Part shown: positions 38,722-51,254 of the stretch, piece by piece
Numbering within the stretch: the first letter of the stretch is position 1
Layout: each line of letters begins with the position of its first letter
Assembly: GCA_002633005.1 (NCBI GenBank)
Contig: NMRA01000166.1
Span: forward strand, 620,001-684,000
Direction: 5' to 3'
Length of the DNA stretch: 64,000 bases
Source of the DNA: Phoronis australis
Lineage: Eukaryota > Animalia > Phoronida
Program-made: the position numbers and the translations under genes
The notes under the pieces: generated by a model
What the model was told of the DNA's origin: nothing
The model's input: only the letters and a program-made list of their open reading frames with translations
Databases searched by the model: none

Positions 38722-39819
38722 ATGGTAGGCTTAGTCTTGCTACCTCCTATGGTTACACTAATCTCATCTTCAGCACCAAGCCTGAATCTCCATTGCATAA
38801 TTCCGTCAGGTCCCCAATGGTCAACACTGACAGACTCACACCAGTCTGTCCCAAACGGTACCGAAATCGTTTACAAATGCAACGAAAGCTACAACGTTGA
38901 GTTAGGTGATAGTGCATCAAGTAAACAACGTACGAACAGGAATGCCAGTCGTCAATATCTAACCTGCGTGCAGAGCAACGGCACAGCACTGATGAAACCG
39001 TCCACTCTAAAAGAGTGCATACAAAGGAATTCATCTCTGCTCGACTGTAGTGTCCCTCCAAACCCACCTCGATCTCAGTTGAGCAATAGAACTCACGCCA
39101 TCGAGCAAGGAAGGGCTATTAACAACCAAAGTCGTTTACATTACCAATGCAACCCAGGAACCCACGTGGGCTCGGGTGTGACAACATTTTCAATAATGTG
39201 CTTAGTACTGAACAACCAGACTTCGTGGATTCCGGCGAATCATAGCGGATGCGTCGCTATGGAAACAAAACATAGGCGCGTTACCCAGTGTAACATTGAT
39301 TATGCTGGATTTGTTGAAAGTCCCCCTTCAATTGATACACTGTTTATTACGTTGGCTATTAACATTATATTGGCTGCTACACTGGCAGCTTTGTCTTACA
39401 TAATAACCGATGTAAAACCTCCACCGGCGGTCAAATCTTCTCTTGGAAAACCTAAAAAGGAGTTTCCCCTTCAATCCAAAAAACCGATAGTTGTCTGGCG
39501 TCCTAGTATTAACAACAAACTTCTCGGGGATCTTCGACAGTCTCCAACACATGGTCACATCAGTAAGGAATCGGATCTTTCACTGGGGCCAGAGCAAAGC
39601 ATACCGCACAATCCCACGAATGTCGCTAAGCTAACTGAAAAACAAGCATACAATATTGAAGAAATTTTTAAAAGAAGGCTCTCAAACCTGAATGATATTC
39701 ATGATTTAGAAGGCGGGAACGTTGGCCTGGAAAGGCCTCTTCTGAACCCCGTGCCAGAAGATGGAGACAGCTTCCTTTGCTCCAAACGCCACGCGAGGCC
39801 GGAATACTTTGGAAAATAA
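38722..39819 (+). CDS. Type I membrane protein with two sushi/CCP modules (365 aa from ATG 38722)
   Basis: Hydrophobic N-terminus, two C..P...YxC...C...(W)...C modules, TM segment LFITLAINIILAATLAALSYII, ~135-aa cytoplasmic tail and many N-x-S/T sequons, in an uninterrupted 1.1-kb ORF. An extra 5' exon cannot be excluded. Confidence 0.8.
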   Translation: MVGLVLLPPMVTLISSSAPSLNLHCIIPSGPQWSTLTDSHQSVPNGTEIVYKCNESYNVELGDSASSKQRTNRNASRQYLTCVQSNGTALMKPSTLKECIQRNSSLLDCSVPPNPPRSQLSNRTHAIEQGRAINNQSRLHYQCNPGTHVGSGVTTFSIMCLVLNNQTSWIPANHSGCVAMETKHRRVTQCNIDYAGFVESPPSIDTLFITLAINIILAATLAALSYIITDVKPPPAVKSSLGKPKKEFPLQSKKPIVVWRPSINNKLLGDLRQSPTHGHISKESDLSLGPEQSIPHNPTNVAKLTEKQAYNIEEIFKRRLSNLNDIHDLEGGNVGLERPLLNPVPEDGDSFLCSKRHARPEYFGK

Positions 39820-40007
39820 CGATGAAACAACTGATATCACTTTAGTCGAAAATATATTTTAATCAACAAAATATTCGGCTATTATACTACTGTGAAGGTA
39901 CTATTTTTTTCAAATCCTTCCTCTACGATCATGTTGGTCTGAGTTATTGCTAAAAATTTCTATAGTGTGTTATGTAGTCGACTAAATTGCCCTAAACTAT
40001 TGTGTGC

Positions 40008-40173
40008 CAGTGCTGTAGTGGTAAAATTAGAGGTAAGTAGGTGCCCAAAGCCCACCGCATCACCTTGAGCACTGAACGTAACTTACAGTGCGTAGGCGCT
40101 ACGTTCAAATGCCAAAAGGTAGTTGGCTGCGCCAACGTGCGCTTACGTGCGCCTACGCCCCACTACAGCACTG
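40008..40173. mobile_element. hAT-type MITE, same family as 31012-31158
   Basis: TIRs CAGTGCTGTAGTGG / CCACTACAGCACTG; 8-bp TSD TTGTGTGC / CTGTGTGC (7 of 8 match). Confidence 0.85.
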
Positions 40174-41309
40174 CTGTGTGCGCGCTATGTCGTCTGGACG
40201 GCTTGAATGAAAAGGAATATTTCACGGCTAGCCGGTCGACCTCACCAGATAACGGAAGTTACCAAGTTGCGTGTTATCCAACCAGAAGACGGGATCAAAT
40301 TGTGGTCGTTCAAAACATAACGGAAGTTATCGTACTGCGTTTTAAACAACCAGAAGACGACATCAGTGGCTGCGTACCAATAAAAAGAGCAAATGCACTA
40401 TCAGTCTAAGTCTGAAACACAATGATAATGATGATTCCAAATGTTTCACATGTAACACATTACAGTGGCGACAATGAGAATTCGAAGTACGGTCAAGAGA
40501 TACAATTTGCATGCTTATGCAACTAGCAGTGGTTCTTATATGCCCATTAGTTTAACGACAAACTTTTCAAGATTTGCAACAAACAAATAAAACTTTTACA
40601 AATTAACACAGCAGCAAGTTTTAAAAAATAAGCAGGATTGGTCTTATCTACGTCTTTTCATAAAGAATTACCATGACGTTTGGCAGATACAAAGAACATT
40701 ACGGCGTTTTCCCGTTGCTCCCAACTAGTTCGATTCTATAGCCCAACAACAAGTTGCCGGGGAAGATGACCCTTGTAGTCAATATCTTACACGCTGATCA
40801 ACTCCATTCCGGCATTTATGTTTGGAGGGCCAGCTCCCTTTTGTTCGATAATTGCTCTAATCTCCAATGAGATCATATCTAGCCTGACTGGGATGAGCTG
40901 TTAAAATAAAAGTTAAGTTATAACATATTTGAACATAAACCAATACCATTTCTGAAATCCTCGTCAAATGGTGATCATGTTTAATTTTTGAATCGCCAAA
41001 ATCGCCCAACTGCAACCAAAGTTACGACAATCTAATTCTTTCCGAATGTACCAATTCGCTCTGGATTTGACTGTGTTCACACGTGGTCTGTAATAAGACT
41101 GGTAGATAACTGGCCTGCCTCTTGTCATACCAGACGAAAGACTGTGCTCGGCAGTTAACAAAGAAGCTAGATGTTATCACAAGCTCACAACCCTCTACAT
41201 CTGGTAATAGTCCAGTCATTCTACGGATAACCCGGAAAAAAATTGCAACAGAAGGTTTTATTGCATAAATGGTATTCTTTCACACCCCTTAGTGTGAAAA
41301 AAAGTCTAC

Positions 41310-42000
41310 CGGAATCGGAGTGGCGGAAGTTGGTTTTTCAAGATGGCGGACAAAATGGCCGCCAGATTTTCTGATGCTCACTTAACTCAAGAATGGAATG
41401 TGATAGAGTAAAAATTCAAAAAGGTTTACCTATATTTTGTGGGTCAACAAATCCATTGGAGATGGTTTTGTATGACTGTGGTGACACCGTCCGCCATTTT
41501 CGAAGATATCCGCCAAATCCTCTACTTGAGTCGCACAACTTAGCACGAACAGATTAGTGTGTCGTCTTGCATCAAACGTCGCATCATAGGTTTTCTGGGT
41601 CGACTAATCCATTGAGACTCATTGAATTTGGCACTAATTATTACTTCCACCATTTCCAAGATGGCGGACAAAATGGCCGCCAGATTTGCTGATGATCATT
41701 ATAACTCGAGAGTGGAATGTGATAGAGTAAAAATTCAAAAAGGTTTACCTATCTTTTGTGGCTCAACAAAACCATTGGAAAAGTTTTGCACGGCTGTAGT
41801 GACACCATCACCCATTTTCCAAGATGGCCTCCAAAACTATTTCGAATCGCACTACTTCGCACAAACAGATTAGACCGTCTTGCTTCAAACATTGTATCAT
41901 AGGTTTTCTGGGTCGACTAATCCATTTAGACTCATTGCGTTTGGCTCTGATGATTACTTCCACTACTTTCTAAGATGGCCACCAAATGGGTGCTTCGTGT
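41310..42000. repeat. ~316-bp tandem repeat (2+ units), probably subterminal repeats of the adjacent transposon
   Basis: CAAGATGGCGGACAAAATGGCCGCCAGATTT at 41339 and 41657, a degenerate copy at 41971, and collinear units. Confidence 0.85.
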
Positions 42001-42329
42001 AAGAGCTTCTGATTCCAGAGACACACCGTATCCTGAGTTTTTAGGTCAGCACGTCCATTACAATAATTTTTGCCTGGCTCTTGATGAATACGACTACCAT
42101 TTTCAAGATGGTTTAACGAATAACTTATTTGGGTCAAAAACATTAGGTTTTCCTGGACTGAAGGATCATTCTCCTCCTGAAAAAATGTGCTGTATTGAAA
42201 ATAACTCTCTGCAAATAATTCAGTGATCTACTATCCACACTGTCTGTGTCACTTCCAGTTAGTTGTAAATGCTAGTGAATCTATACACAATCAACCAGTA
42301 TTTACACAACTAATCTCTGTTAACTGAGA

Positions 42330-43410
42330 ATGAATTGCTGCAGCTAAAACCACGGCATTATCCACAAGCAACCGAGTACGGCAATCCTAACTTCTTGCAA
42401 GTACACCTCTTGGAACTGCAGTTGGTCTTACACGAGCATCTCACTACTTTCAGCAGGTTCTCTGGTGCTGCTGACTGGTCTGTCGTCGTGGGAATGAATT
42501 TTCTACCTGCCAGCATCCATCCCCAATACAGCGAGTCTAGGCCACTGCCACGGAAACTTGACCGCTCTTGCTCTTGATAGTATGTCCCGGCAGCAGGGAA
42601 TTTAGCTGCTGAAGAAAGTTGGTGATAATGACTGTATTTGGACTGTGACTAGTCTGAAACCTCATCCACAAATCGCCTGTATCTCAAGTCATCCAAATTT
42701 CCAGATCCAGGACTGCCATGAAGCACAGATACAATTCTTACCAGCTTCAAACATGTCTTGCTTCAGCTGCATGTGTCTAGTGAATACTCTTACAAGAGTT
42801 CTTGCAGAATTCTCGATCACGCAGTCTTGAATGGGAAAGCCTTTGCTAATACCGAACAGTTGTAATTTTTGTGTTGCAATCACTTATTGCATGCGCAAAT
42901 GGCAAAACTGTGCAAGTTTCGGCACCAAGAGACAACTGTAGTTCCTTGATGTCCCAAACTCTCCTCTTGCTTTGCTTTGTCTCTTGTCAAATTTAATGAA
43001 CATTGGAATTTGTTGTGAAGTAGCATGGTAACACAAAAGAACCAACAAGTCTGTATCGTCTGCAATAAGGGTAGATGGACCCTGTGCTGCGTTCTCTAAT
43101 GCTGTTTCTACAATTAAAACATCCGCGTCACCTTGAGCTTGCAGCACTGTGCAACCAGCATTTCCTATCAAACTTGACAAGAGATGAATGAATCGTTTGT
43201 TTTTGCTCTTTGCCAAAAATGTTCCTTTTTTACTTGATCACCATGTCACCATTGAAGTGAACTTCAGTTCCATCCACCCCACCCAGTCTTCGAACAGGAG
43301 AGACATCTTTAGTTGACGGTCGATCTCATTAACCATTAAAAACAATAGTAGGCTGGGTGCACTTGCTGATGTAATCCACATAAGCTCTACCAAATGACTG
43401 AAACGTTGCA
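42330..43410 (-). mobile_element. Academ-like (AcademX) transposase remnant: XPG/FEN1-like nuclease region and Cys-rich zinc finger
   Basis: Minus-strand QAQGDADVLIVETAL...IADDTDLLVLLCYH; AHAISDCNT..LFGISK (degenerate HAxxGCDT..GIGK); WGW...APENLLKVVRCSCKTNCSSKRCTCKKLGLPYSVACG*CRGFSC. Frameshifted. Confidence 0.65.
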
Positions 43411-44153
43411 CCTCTAGGCCATGGAATACGGTGAAGGAGAGAACCGTCGTCGATTACATGCATCACCGTATTTTCTGGAAATTGAAGTCCTCCGGTAGTC
43501 CCCCGCTGGACCAGAGTGCATCAGCTCATATTGATTTATTAGTGACTCTGGGAAGACCAGATGTATCAAAAAGATAGGGTCATGAGTACGAGAACGCTGC
43601 AGAGTAATTAGGTCAAAAAATTTCAATTGTTCAGACAGACAACCTCTTATCCCTGGCTTCGTAGTCATTTATATAGCAACAACTTTAGATTGTAATTATA
43701 TTAAGACGCAAATTCGTATTATTGACGCACTCAAGATTACTAGGCGTCGAAAAAAAAAAACGATTCACTACAGACTCATTCCCGTGTCTCCGAACCAAGG
43801 CAGGCGCACTGATGCCAGCAAACGATTTCCGCGTGTCGTTCAGGTGAAAGATGATAGAGCCACGTTGATGATCATCTGTTCGGTTAACTGGCAGGTGATA
43901 TTAGATTGATGGTACCTCATTTACACATATCTCATTAACTGAACTTCTTGCTGCTTGAAATGCTACGGTGAAATGATCTCTCAAGATCGTAGCCTAGGCC
44001 TACGCTTTACATGTACTGGCTATGCTGCTTAAGATGACATTATCTCACTATCTTTTGTGTAAATACACAAAACGTACCGAGCGTGGCGTAAGCGAAGTAA
44101 TATCCCATGTTACTTCATGTATGCCACTTTCGGTACGTTTTGTGTACGTATAG

Positions 44154-44840
44154 GAGTTAACGAGTCGTTGGTGACATGCCAAGGGTCATGTGTCATCACT
44201 GATGCTGCGAAGGTACAGGTTACTGGAAATGAAGAGGAGGGATTGGATGGTGCAACTGTTGTCGGCATAATTGTTGGGTTACTTGGACTGATGTTGGTTA
44301 CACTGGCCGCGAGTCATTTTTAGTATTATTACAGGAAGGGAACATGGAAAAGAGGAAAGGACAGCGCTAAACGTTCAAAACCTAACCAACGTGGGGAGGA
44401 TATGAAAGTGAGCAGACAAGATGTTATAGATGAAAATGTTCGAGAAAAGCATTATGAATACAAATATTGCGCATGGGGACTGCGATTCGATGTATCAAAA
44501 TGTCGCTGCTGAATCTCGACCTTGTGAGGCGCTCTTCCCACAAATAGATGGAGGGGAAGGCAAAGAAGTTGATTCAGATCCTGGTGCTAACTTTCGGGAT
44601 ACCGCCGAAGAGAGGGATTCCTTCCCGCCGTCGCCAAACACTAACGCCGCTCACGGTGAGTACGACTCAATATATAAGGAGGAAGTTGCTGCTGCTCTTC
44701 AGTCGGAGGATTTGGTGAATGAAGACGAAGAAGAAAAGTCAGCCGTTGTCAACGTCATTAGTTTTGCTCAAGTTGAGGAGGTGCGTGATAACACTAACAT
44801 AGCGCAAGAAATACAGTGGCACAGCAAAGCCGCTTTTTAA
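44154..44840 (+). pseudogene. Disrupted terminal exon of a type I membrane protein (TM + acidic Tyr-motif tail)
   Basis: Acceptor gtacgtatag|, phase 1. TM segment GLDGATVVGIIVGLLGLMLVTLAASHF, then an in-frame TAG (44321) directly before the YYYRKGTWKRGK stop-transfer sequence, then a frameshift near 44455 into NTNIAHGDCDSMY...NTNAAHGEYDSIY...SKAAF*. Confidence 0.6.
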
Positions 44841-45338
44841 TTGGAGCAGACAGGACAGTAAGTTTTTGTAACTGCACACGGATTATGTGTATTAAATGAG
44901 CAGACATCAACAAGAAATACATTTTGTTTCTGTAAGCTACTTAAAGTGAAACATGATTTTTAATAATTGTGAGAAATGTCAAGTAGAGCCTACGAGAAAA
45001 AAAATAATAATGTTAAATCATAATGTAGTGCCTTGTTTTTTTCAAAACGCTCGGTGTACAGCTCCAAAACATTAATGTCGCCGCTGAGACATATTCTAAC
45101 CAACAACATATGACTCAGAACACAGCATAGCTGACATGTAACCGGGATGTGCTCCTCGTGAGAGAAGCGAAACCACGCGAAATTATTTCACGATAGCCAA
45201 TACAGCCACTCAAGCAAAGCTGAAGATCCATCGAAAAATGTAAACCATAGGCAACCAAATCTCCCTATTTCTTAACCATATAAGAAACAAAAATGTGTTT
45301 TATTAGTATCACAAAGTGTTGGTGGTAGTGGTGTATAC

Positions 45339-46470
45339 GAGTCATCTGAGTCATCTGAGTGAACGACCAACATCACTGCACAAGGAACATCATCATAACC
45401 ACTCCGTCCCCCGAAGAAGTACATCCCGAAGTGTGTATATGCTGACAATTCCAATCAGTGGCTGATTCACTTGCCTTCTGTTTCTTCCACAAAGTCTTGA
45501 TTTTCTGCAAGCAGCCCATCCAACTCCTAGCTCACGAAGGCGTTCCAAATGATGATGTTCCGATTCCTTTTTGTCTTTCTTCAGCTTCTCCCGGACCATA
45601 TTCACAATTTCCGGTTGATCAGGACACAGCTTCCCTTCTGGTTTTGCTTTCCCAGCCAGCTCATCAGCATGTTCATTGCACCTGACTCCAGCATGGCCTG
45701 GGGTAAATATCCAGGTGATCTTTTTCAAAGTCGACTTTCTTATGAGCTCAGTCCATTCAGCTCTCAAATGTCCACTTTCAATTTTCTCCGGAGTACTTTG
45801 TGAATCTGTAACAAAGATCACAGGTGCCTGCCGAGTTGTTGTGACCCACTCGAAAGCCTGTGTAATTGCTTCTATCTCCATTATCATGCTGAAAGTTCTC
45901 ATATTGTAAGCTCCTTGCTGTTCCTGCACTAGTGTGCCATTTACAATGGCTAAGAAACCCCATCCAGATTGTTCTCCTCTTTTAACAGATCCATCCGTGT
46001 AAACAACTACATCTCCATGCGAAGAGTTGTGTTCAATAAGTTGTTTTATTTAAGCATCTGTCGCCCCCTGCGCCCACTCTCTACATTCTCTACTCAACGT
46101 GATCACCACCTTTCCAAAATCTGCCTGCTGTTTCTCATTCGTCTGAATCCACTCTTCTGCCCGCGGTATAGTTTCCAGTGCACATACATCTTTGATGGGG
46201 TCTTCTGCCTGAGCCATACAAGAAGCTCCTCGTTTCAGGCGGTTGCCCTTGGTTGTTCCGATGAATGCATGAAGTGAATGTTGCTTATCAGCTGCTACTT
46301 TTAAGTATGCTCTGACCTGAGCCACTTTGTGCCTGTTTTCCAATGACATAAGGCCCAAAACATATCTCATACAGAAAACAGGTGCATCTTTGGTGCAGCC
46401 AAGTATGATGCGCAATGCCTGATTTTGATTTCTCTCCAACTTGTAAACTTGGGTTTTTGTCAGGGTCAAT
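45339..46470 (-). mobile_element. 3' fragment of an RNase H-containing non-LTR retrotransposon (I-group-like)
   Basis: KLERNQNQALRIILGC (RT thumb), VVYTDGSV, MEIEAI, VTDSQS, WIFTPGHAGVRCNEHADELA; short tandem tail (ACTCAGATG)x2 at 45339-45360; frameshifts. Confidence 0.85.
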
Positions 46471-47814
46471 ACCCGTGGTGGATACGAGGAACAGATAAAT
46501 TCAAGGGTGTGTGGTAACACTGAAAAATCAAGTCGCCTCCAATATTATAGACATCGGTCCATTCCAAAAACAATGACAAATCAATTAGTAAATTTTAATT
46601 CAAAGACTGTTCCAAGAAAGTAAGAAAGTAATCTTAAGTTTTTGACTTAAGTTTTGTCTTAAGTTTGTCTAACTCATCGGATATGGAAATTTCAAAGTTT
46701 GGAGGTTGATAAAAATCTTAGACTTACTGGTAAGTCAAAAACGAACTTTAGCTCCCATGTTGTTGATAGCAGTTCGTCAATCATTCGCTCGGTGGAGCCA
46801 CAGGTCACGCAAAGTATTATGGACAATATTTTGGAGCTTTGTAGGAATGTTGTTTTTAGCAGACGACGAGTTACTGAATGAGTTGAAGTTATTAGACATA
46901 ACCAGGGCCCGGTCTCTAATTTCCGTTCTCTGACTCCACTCAGACTCAGACTCACACTTTATAATCAATTCGAGTTCAGTCTCAGCTTTGATGTATTCAA
47001 TGTCATACTCTAAAAATCTGTACTCGAAATTTCGAGCACCTATTCACTTTTCGAGTACTCTTGAATTGAAGTATATCTCATTTATATTTCGAGTACGATT
47101 TTGGCTAAAAATTCCGGGTATATGCTCCAAATTTCAAGTTTCCTTTGACAGTGTGCTTGAAATCGTACTCGAAAATAACTACGAGCGAGAAAAGAAAATA
47201 TCGAAAGACGTAGCAAAGCTTTGGAAAAAATAAGTCCTTATACCATATTTCAGCGCTTCAGTTTCAGTCCTGAGATAACAGTTTTCATTTTAAATCTTCT
47301 TCATCTTATTAAACCCGCCGTATCCCCACAATTCATTGCCGCCAATTTATAAACTCCTTCTTACTGTACGATTCCTGGCAATAGGTGCATTCTAATCCGT
47401 TGTCGGCGAGTCATTACAAGTGTCAAAAGCAGCTGTGCCTGTGGGGAAAGCCGTGTAGGAAGTTTGTGCTGCCGTGATTGCAGTAGGTACCCCAACGGTT
47501 TGTAGGGTTTCCCAAAGACGAGGAGGCGAGAAAAGTTAAAAAAACATTTTGCTTCCCTTCCAGAAACATTTCAAATCATAGTTTAGTCCTCGATAATTCC
47601 TCAATCCCCGAATGGTATTCCAGATTTTGTTTGCCGATTTCTAAGTTGACGTCTCGTCCAGTTCACTGATGAAAAATGGATGCCTGTATGTCAGAAGAAA
47701 TATTGATTAAGTAATTAGTAAGACTAGACCAAAATTAAGTTGCATATGTACTATGTCTTTTAAATCATGGGGTCAAACCTGTTGACACGTACTTTAACGT
47801 CAAAATCTATTTTA

Positions 47815-48010
47815 GATGGTGTTTACAACTTTGGTTCTGGGGTCAAAGCACTCTAGAGATTCTAGAAATTTCTGAGAACAAATGGTAACAGCCAATGATA
47901 TGATTGGATATGATCATATGTGATTTTTATTAGCCAATCGCTAAATAAGTTGAATATTACAATATGGGCTAAAATCAAGAAGATATTCAGATGAGCTATA
48001 GTAGTTGAGG
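47815..48010 (+). repeat. Dispersed repeat, similar to 59085-59260
   Basis: Shared gattctagaa.tttctgaga...gccaatgatatgat...gtgattttt.attagccaatcg. Confidence 0.65.
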
Positions 48011-51000
48011 TAATAAATTAGAGGAAAAAAGTTTCTTGATCAAGAAATGTCTTATCTTTACCTCCATATCGTGAAATTGATGCAAAGAACCAGCCTGAAG
48101 TGAGCAATTGTCCCTATCGTGTGAGCGCCGTGCGTAATTGTCATCAAATCGGCACTGGCTTTACTACCCGTTAAAAATGTAAAAAAGAAGTTTCAACAAA
48201 CAAGAACCAGTTTTATCTCAAAACAGTGAGCTCCACATCTGTTCTTGATTTTGCTGCTAGGACACCGTAACCGGCGACTGAATCAAGTACCGGTAATTCC
48301 CCGACCTGCAGTCTCCGTGACTCTTCGCCGGGAAAATTCACTAGCTAAGTTGGCTTTATTTTTGAATTATCAGGGACAATATATTTTCAAACCTCACATA
48401 TTCTTGCAATATATACCTCTAATGTCTTAATATAAAAATTCAGCGCCGCAAACCAGAGCGGGGGGAGTGTCGTGAATTTTAGTCAATGAGCTGAATGTCG
48501 GCAATGGCAAAATATTGCAGTGTTAGGAGCAAGACGCAGTATTTTTTAATCTCTTTGTCACAGGAATATCACTCATTCGAGGGCCGGGTAGCTAATAAAT
48601 GTTTTCATCTTTCCCTGCGCGGAGCACATACGTCCGCGCGCGCACGGCAGGCCAGGCGGTCCGGCTCCGCCGGCTAGCAGCGTATACGAATCTTTCTGGC
48701 TAAGTTAGAATTATTCCTTTTACTTTAAACTAATTAATACTTATATTATACCATTTGGCTCCATGGCAGGTTTTCTACCTGAAGTTATTTCTCAACCAAA
48801 TGGTTGCCCATTCTCTTGGCAGTCAGCCGTCCGACCGTAGCGAAGTCGCGTCTAAATTCTAACTGTATAGCAATTTTATTCAATAATTTCAGTGATGTGC
48901 ATTTCGTTGTTCTCTTTATACTGTTTGTCTACCTTTAATCAAACCCAGTAAAACACGGTTAGCTTAGCCCGCCATAGTCAGCCCCGGTTGTTAGTCAATC
49001 GTTGGCGCAGGACTGTTACTATTCCGTAATTTTATACAAGTGTCGGAAACTATCTTTGTATGTATACGGCATTCTTGATTTGGACCATTTATTCTGATAA
49101 AACAGTCGAGGACGGCGTGCTTTGGTCTTTTGTCAGTGCCAGTGGTCTCGGATCGGTCTGCAGCGGGTCATCGGCTGCAGCTCCGAGCCCGGCAAAATAA
49201 TATCTGTCAAAATTTATTTAGCCACATTTTGAGTACAAGTTGCCCCTATTTTTGGTTTTATTAAAGTTGAGGTCCGTTGTCGATTATTTTATCCCCGTTT
49301 GCAGGCTCATAACAGACACTGGCCCAGTCGCACAGCCGGCTTGTACTAAGCCTGAGTTTCTGAACGAATTTTACTTACGGGTTCGCGGTTAGTTCAAAAC
49401 GGCGGTGTAATCTTCGGGTCGGAATTGAGAGTGACGCCTTTATTTAAACTTTCTTCGACTACGGATTGTGTATCGCATGATAGTCATAAGAAGATCATTT
49501 TCATAATGTTCGTTAGTAACTTCCTTTGTGTCAGTCTGTTATTCACCTGATAACTCTTTACAATGAGGTTTTCATAACCTCTATAGTACTGCATGATTTC
49601 ACTGCCATGAGCCCCTTCAGACTGTTTGGACACCCAAGTGCATGTACAAAAAGTACTATAGTCATTTTGTCAGTCATTCATTTTTGAATTTTTGCTGAGA
49701 CTAGTTCTCACTTTACAAGTTAATTTTGCTTCGTTCTCGGTTGTTGACATCTTGGCTTCAGCTGGATTGTTTTCTAGCTGACAAATAGAAGCAGGCTACA
49801 CTACAAAAATTGTCTCTGAAGAGCTGCTCTCGGCCAAAAGGACTAATTGTGATTAAACAACTTCTGGGTGGCCTAAATTGTGTACATGTATGACTCAAAA
49901 TGTTGCCTGTCGTTCATGCAATGCTTAACGGAGTAAAATATGGTGGATGCACTTTTCACCATGAAATTGATCTGCCGCCATAGTCCGTTTGCAATATTAA
50001 ACGATCATTCTATATTTTCTGACTGAATCCTAACCTTCAGGATGGCGTAAATTTGAGGTCAAGAGTAAACTCACTGCAAGTTTAGTTAGCATACAGGTAT
50101 GACGACTTGGCGTCGAGAAGCCGTTTAGTAACTCATTTATTGGTAAAAAAGGAGAGACGTTACTTACTAGAAGACTGTAAGTTAGGTACGCATAACGTTT
50201 CGAGCCTGCAGATCAGGCCCTTGTTCACATGTCTGATCTTCCCGTCGTTGTTGAACCGGAAGTAATACCTTGTCGTAAATGGGGGCAAGTTGTAGTCCTT
50301 GGTCATTTATTGTAACAACTGATTAACACTAATCTCCATGGGACATTAAAAAGAAGACTCTGTGCGGACTTTATGTGGCATCATTAAAAAGCAGACGTCT
50401 TTTGCTATTTTTGTGAAGATCACACTGATTCAACAATGGACGATTCTTTGATAATGCGAGGATAGGTTGCATAAACTTCAAAACTAATCTGCTGGTTAAG
50501 TTTGGTTGTTGCGTGGCGACAAGTATATCGTTTACAAAAAAAAACGTTGCGTGTGATAATGGGACCTGTTATTTCACTAATGTGTACTTTACGACGTTTT
50601 TTACACCGAAGCGATGAGATGGACGACAGGACCTGCGTTATTACCGGACACGGGGCTGTGACTCCTATGTTTCAGTGTCGGATTTCGATTTAAGCAAGCC
50701 GGCTAACCGGATGCAGACTTATTTCAGTACAATCGAAATCAACGACTATGTAGAAGTCGAAAGAACCTTAGGAATTATCCTCACTAACTGTTAGAAGAAG
50801 GTGACACTGGTTTTAGAAATTTTGCTGTTCTATTTGTCTACTAGCAAAGAATATCTGATTGACATGACTCATGAGGTCAGACCAGTGATGATGTAATTTG
50901 TGTAGAATGGAATACTAGAGAACATTCTAGTAGATTCCAGCATATAAGTGATTAACATAGAACCGTAGTCTGGAACACTCTACAGCTTAGTATATCTTTG

Positions 51001-51254
51001 TAGAGTGGTTGGATAGAGTTTGGAAAGGTCTAGCAAGTGCTTGAATTAGTGAAAAATTCCATAACATTGTAAGACGCTACACATAGGCTACCAGGCACGG
51101 GTTAGGGACATCCGGTTGACGTAGAGTTAAGTAAAAATTGAAAATACAGCGGCAGTTGAAGTTGCAGTTGATTCAAAGTTACAAAATCAAAAGTTATAGC
51201 GATAATTAGTAAAAGATAGGTGTAGAGACAGTGGCTTATGTAACCAACGAGTGT

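Noticed and set aside
44321-44323. Programmed stop-codon readthrough after the TM segment
   Set aside because: It is a TAG without a CARYYA-like context, and a further frameshift follows; pseudogenisation is the simpler explanation.
48989-49314. Solo LTR (TGTTA...TAACA with ATTAAA)
   Set aside because: No target-site duplication and no second copy in the window.
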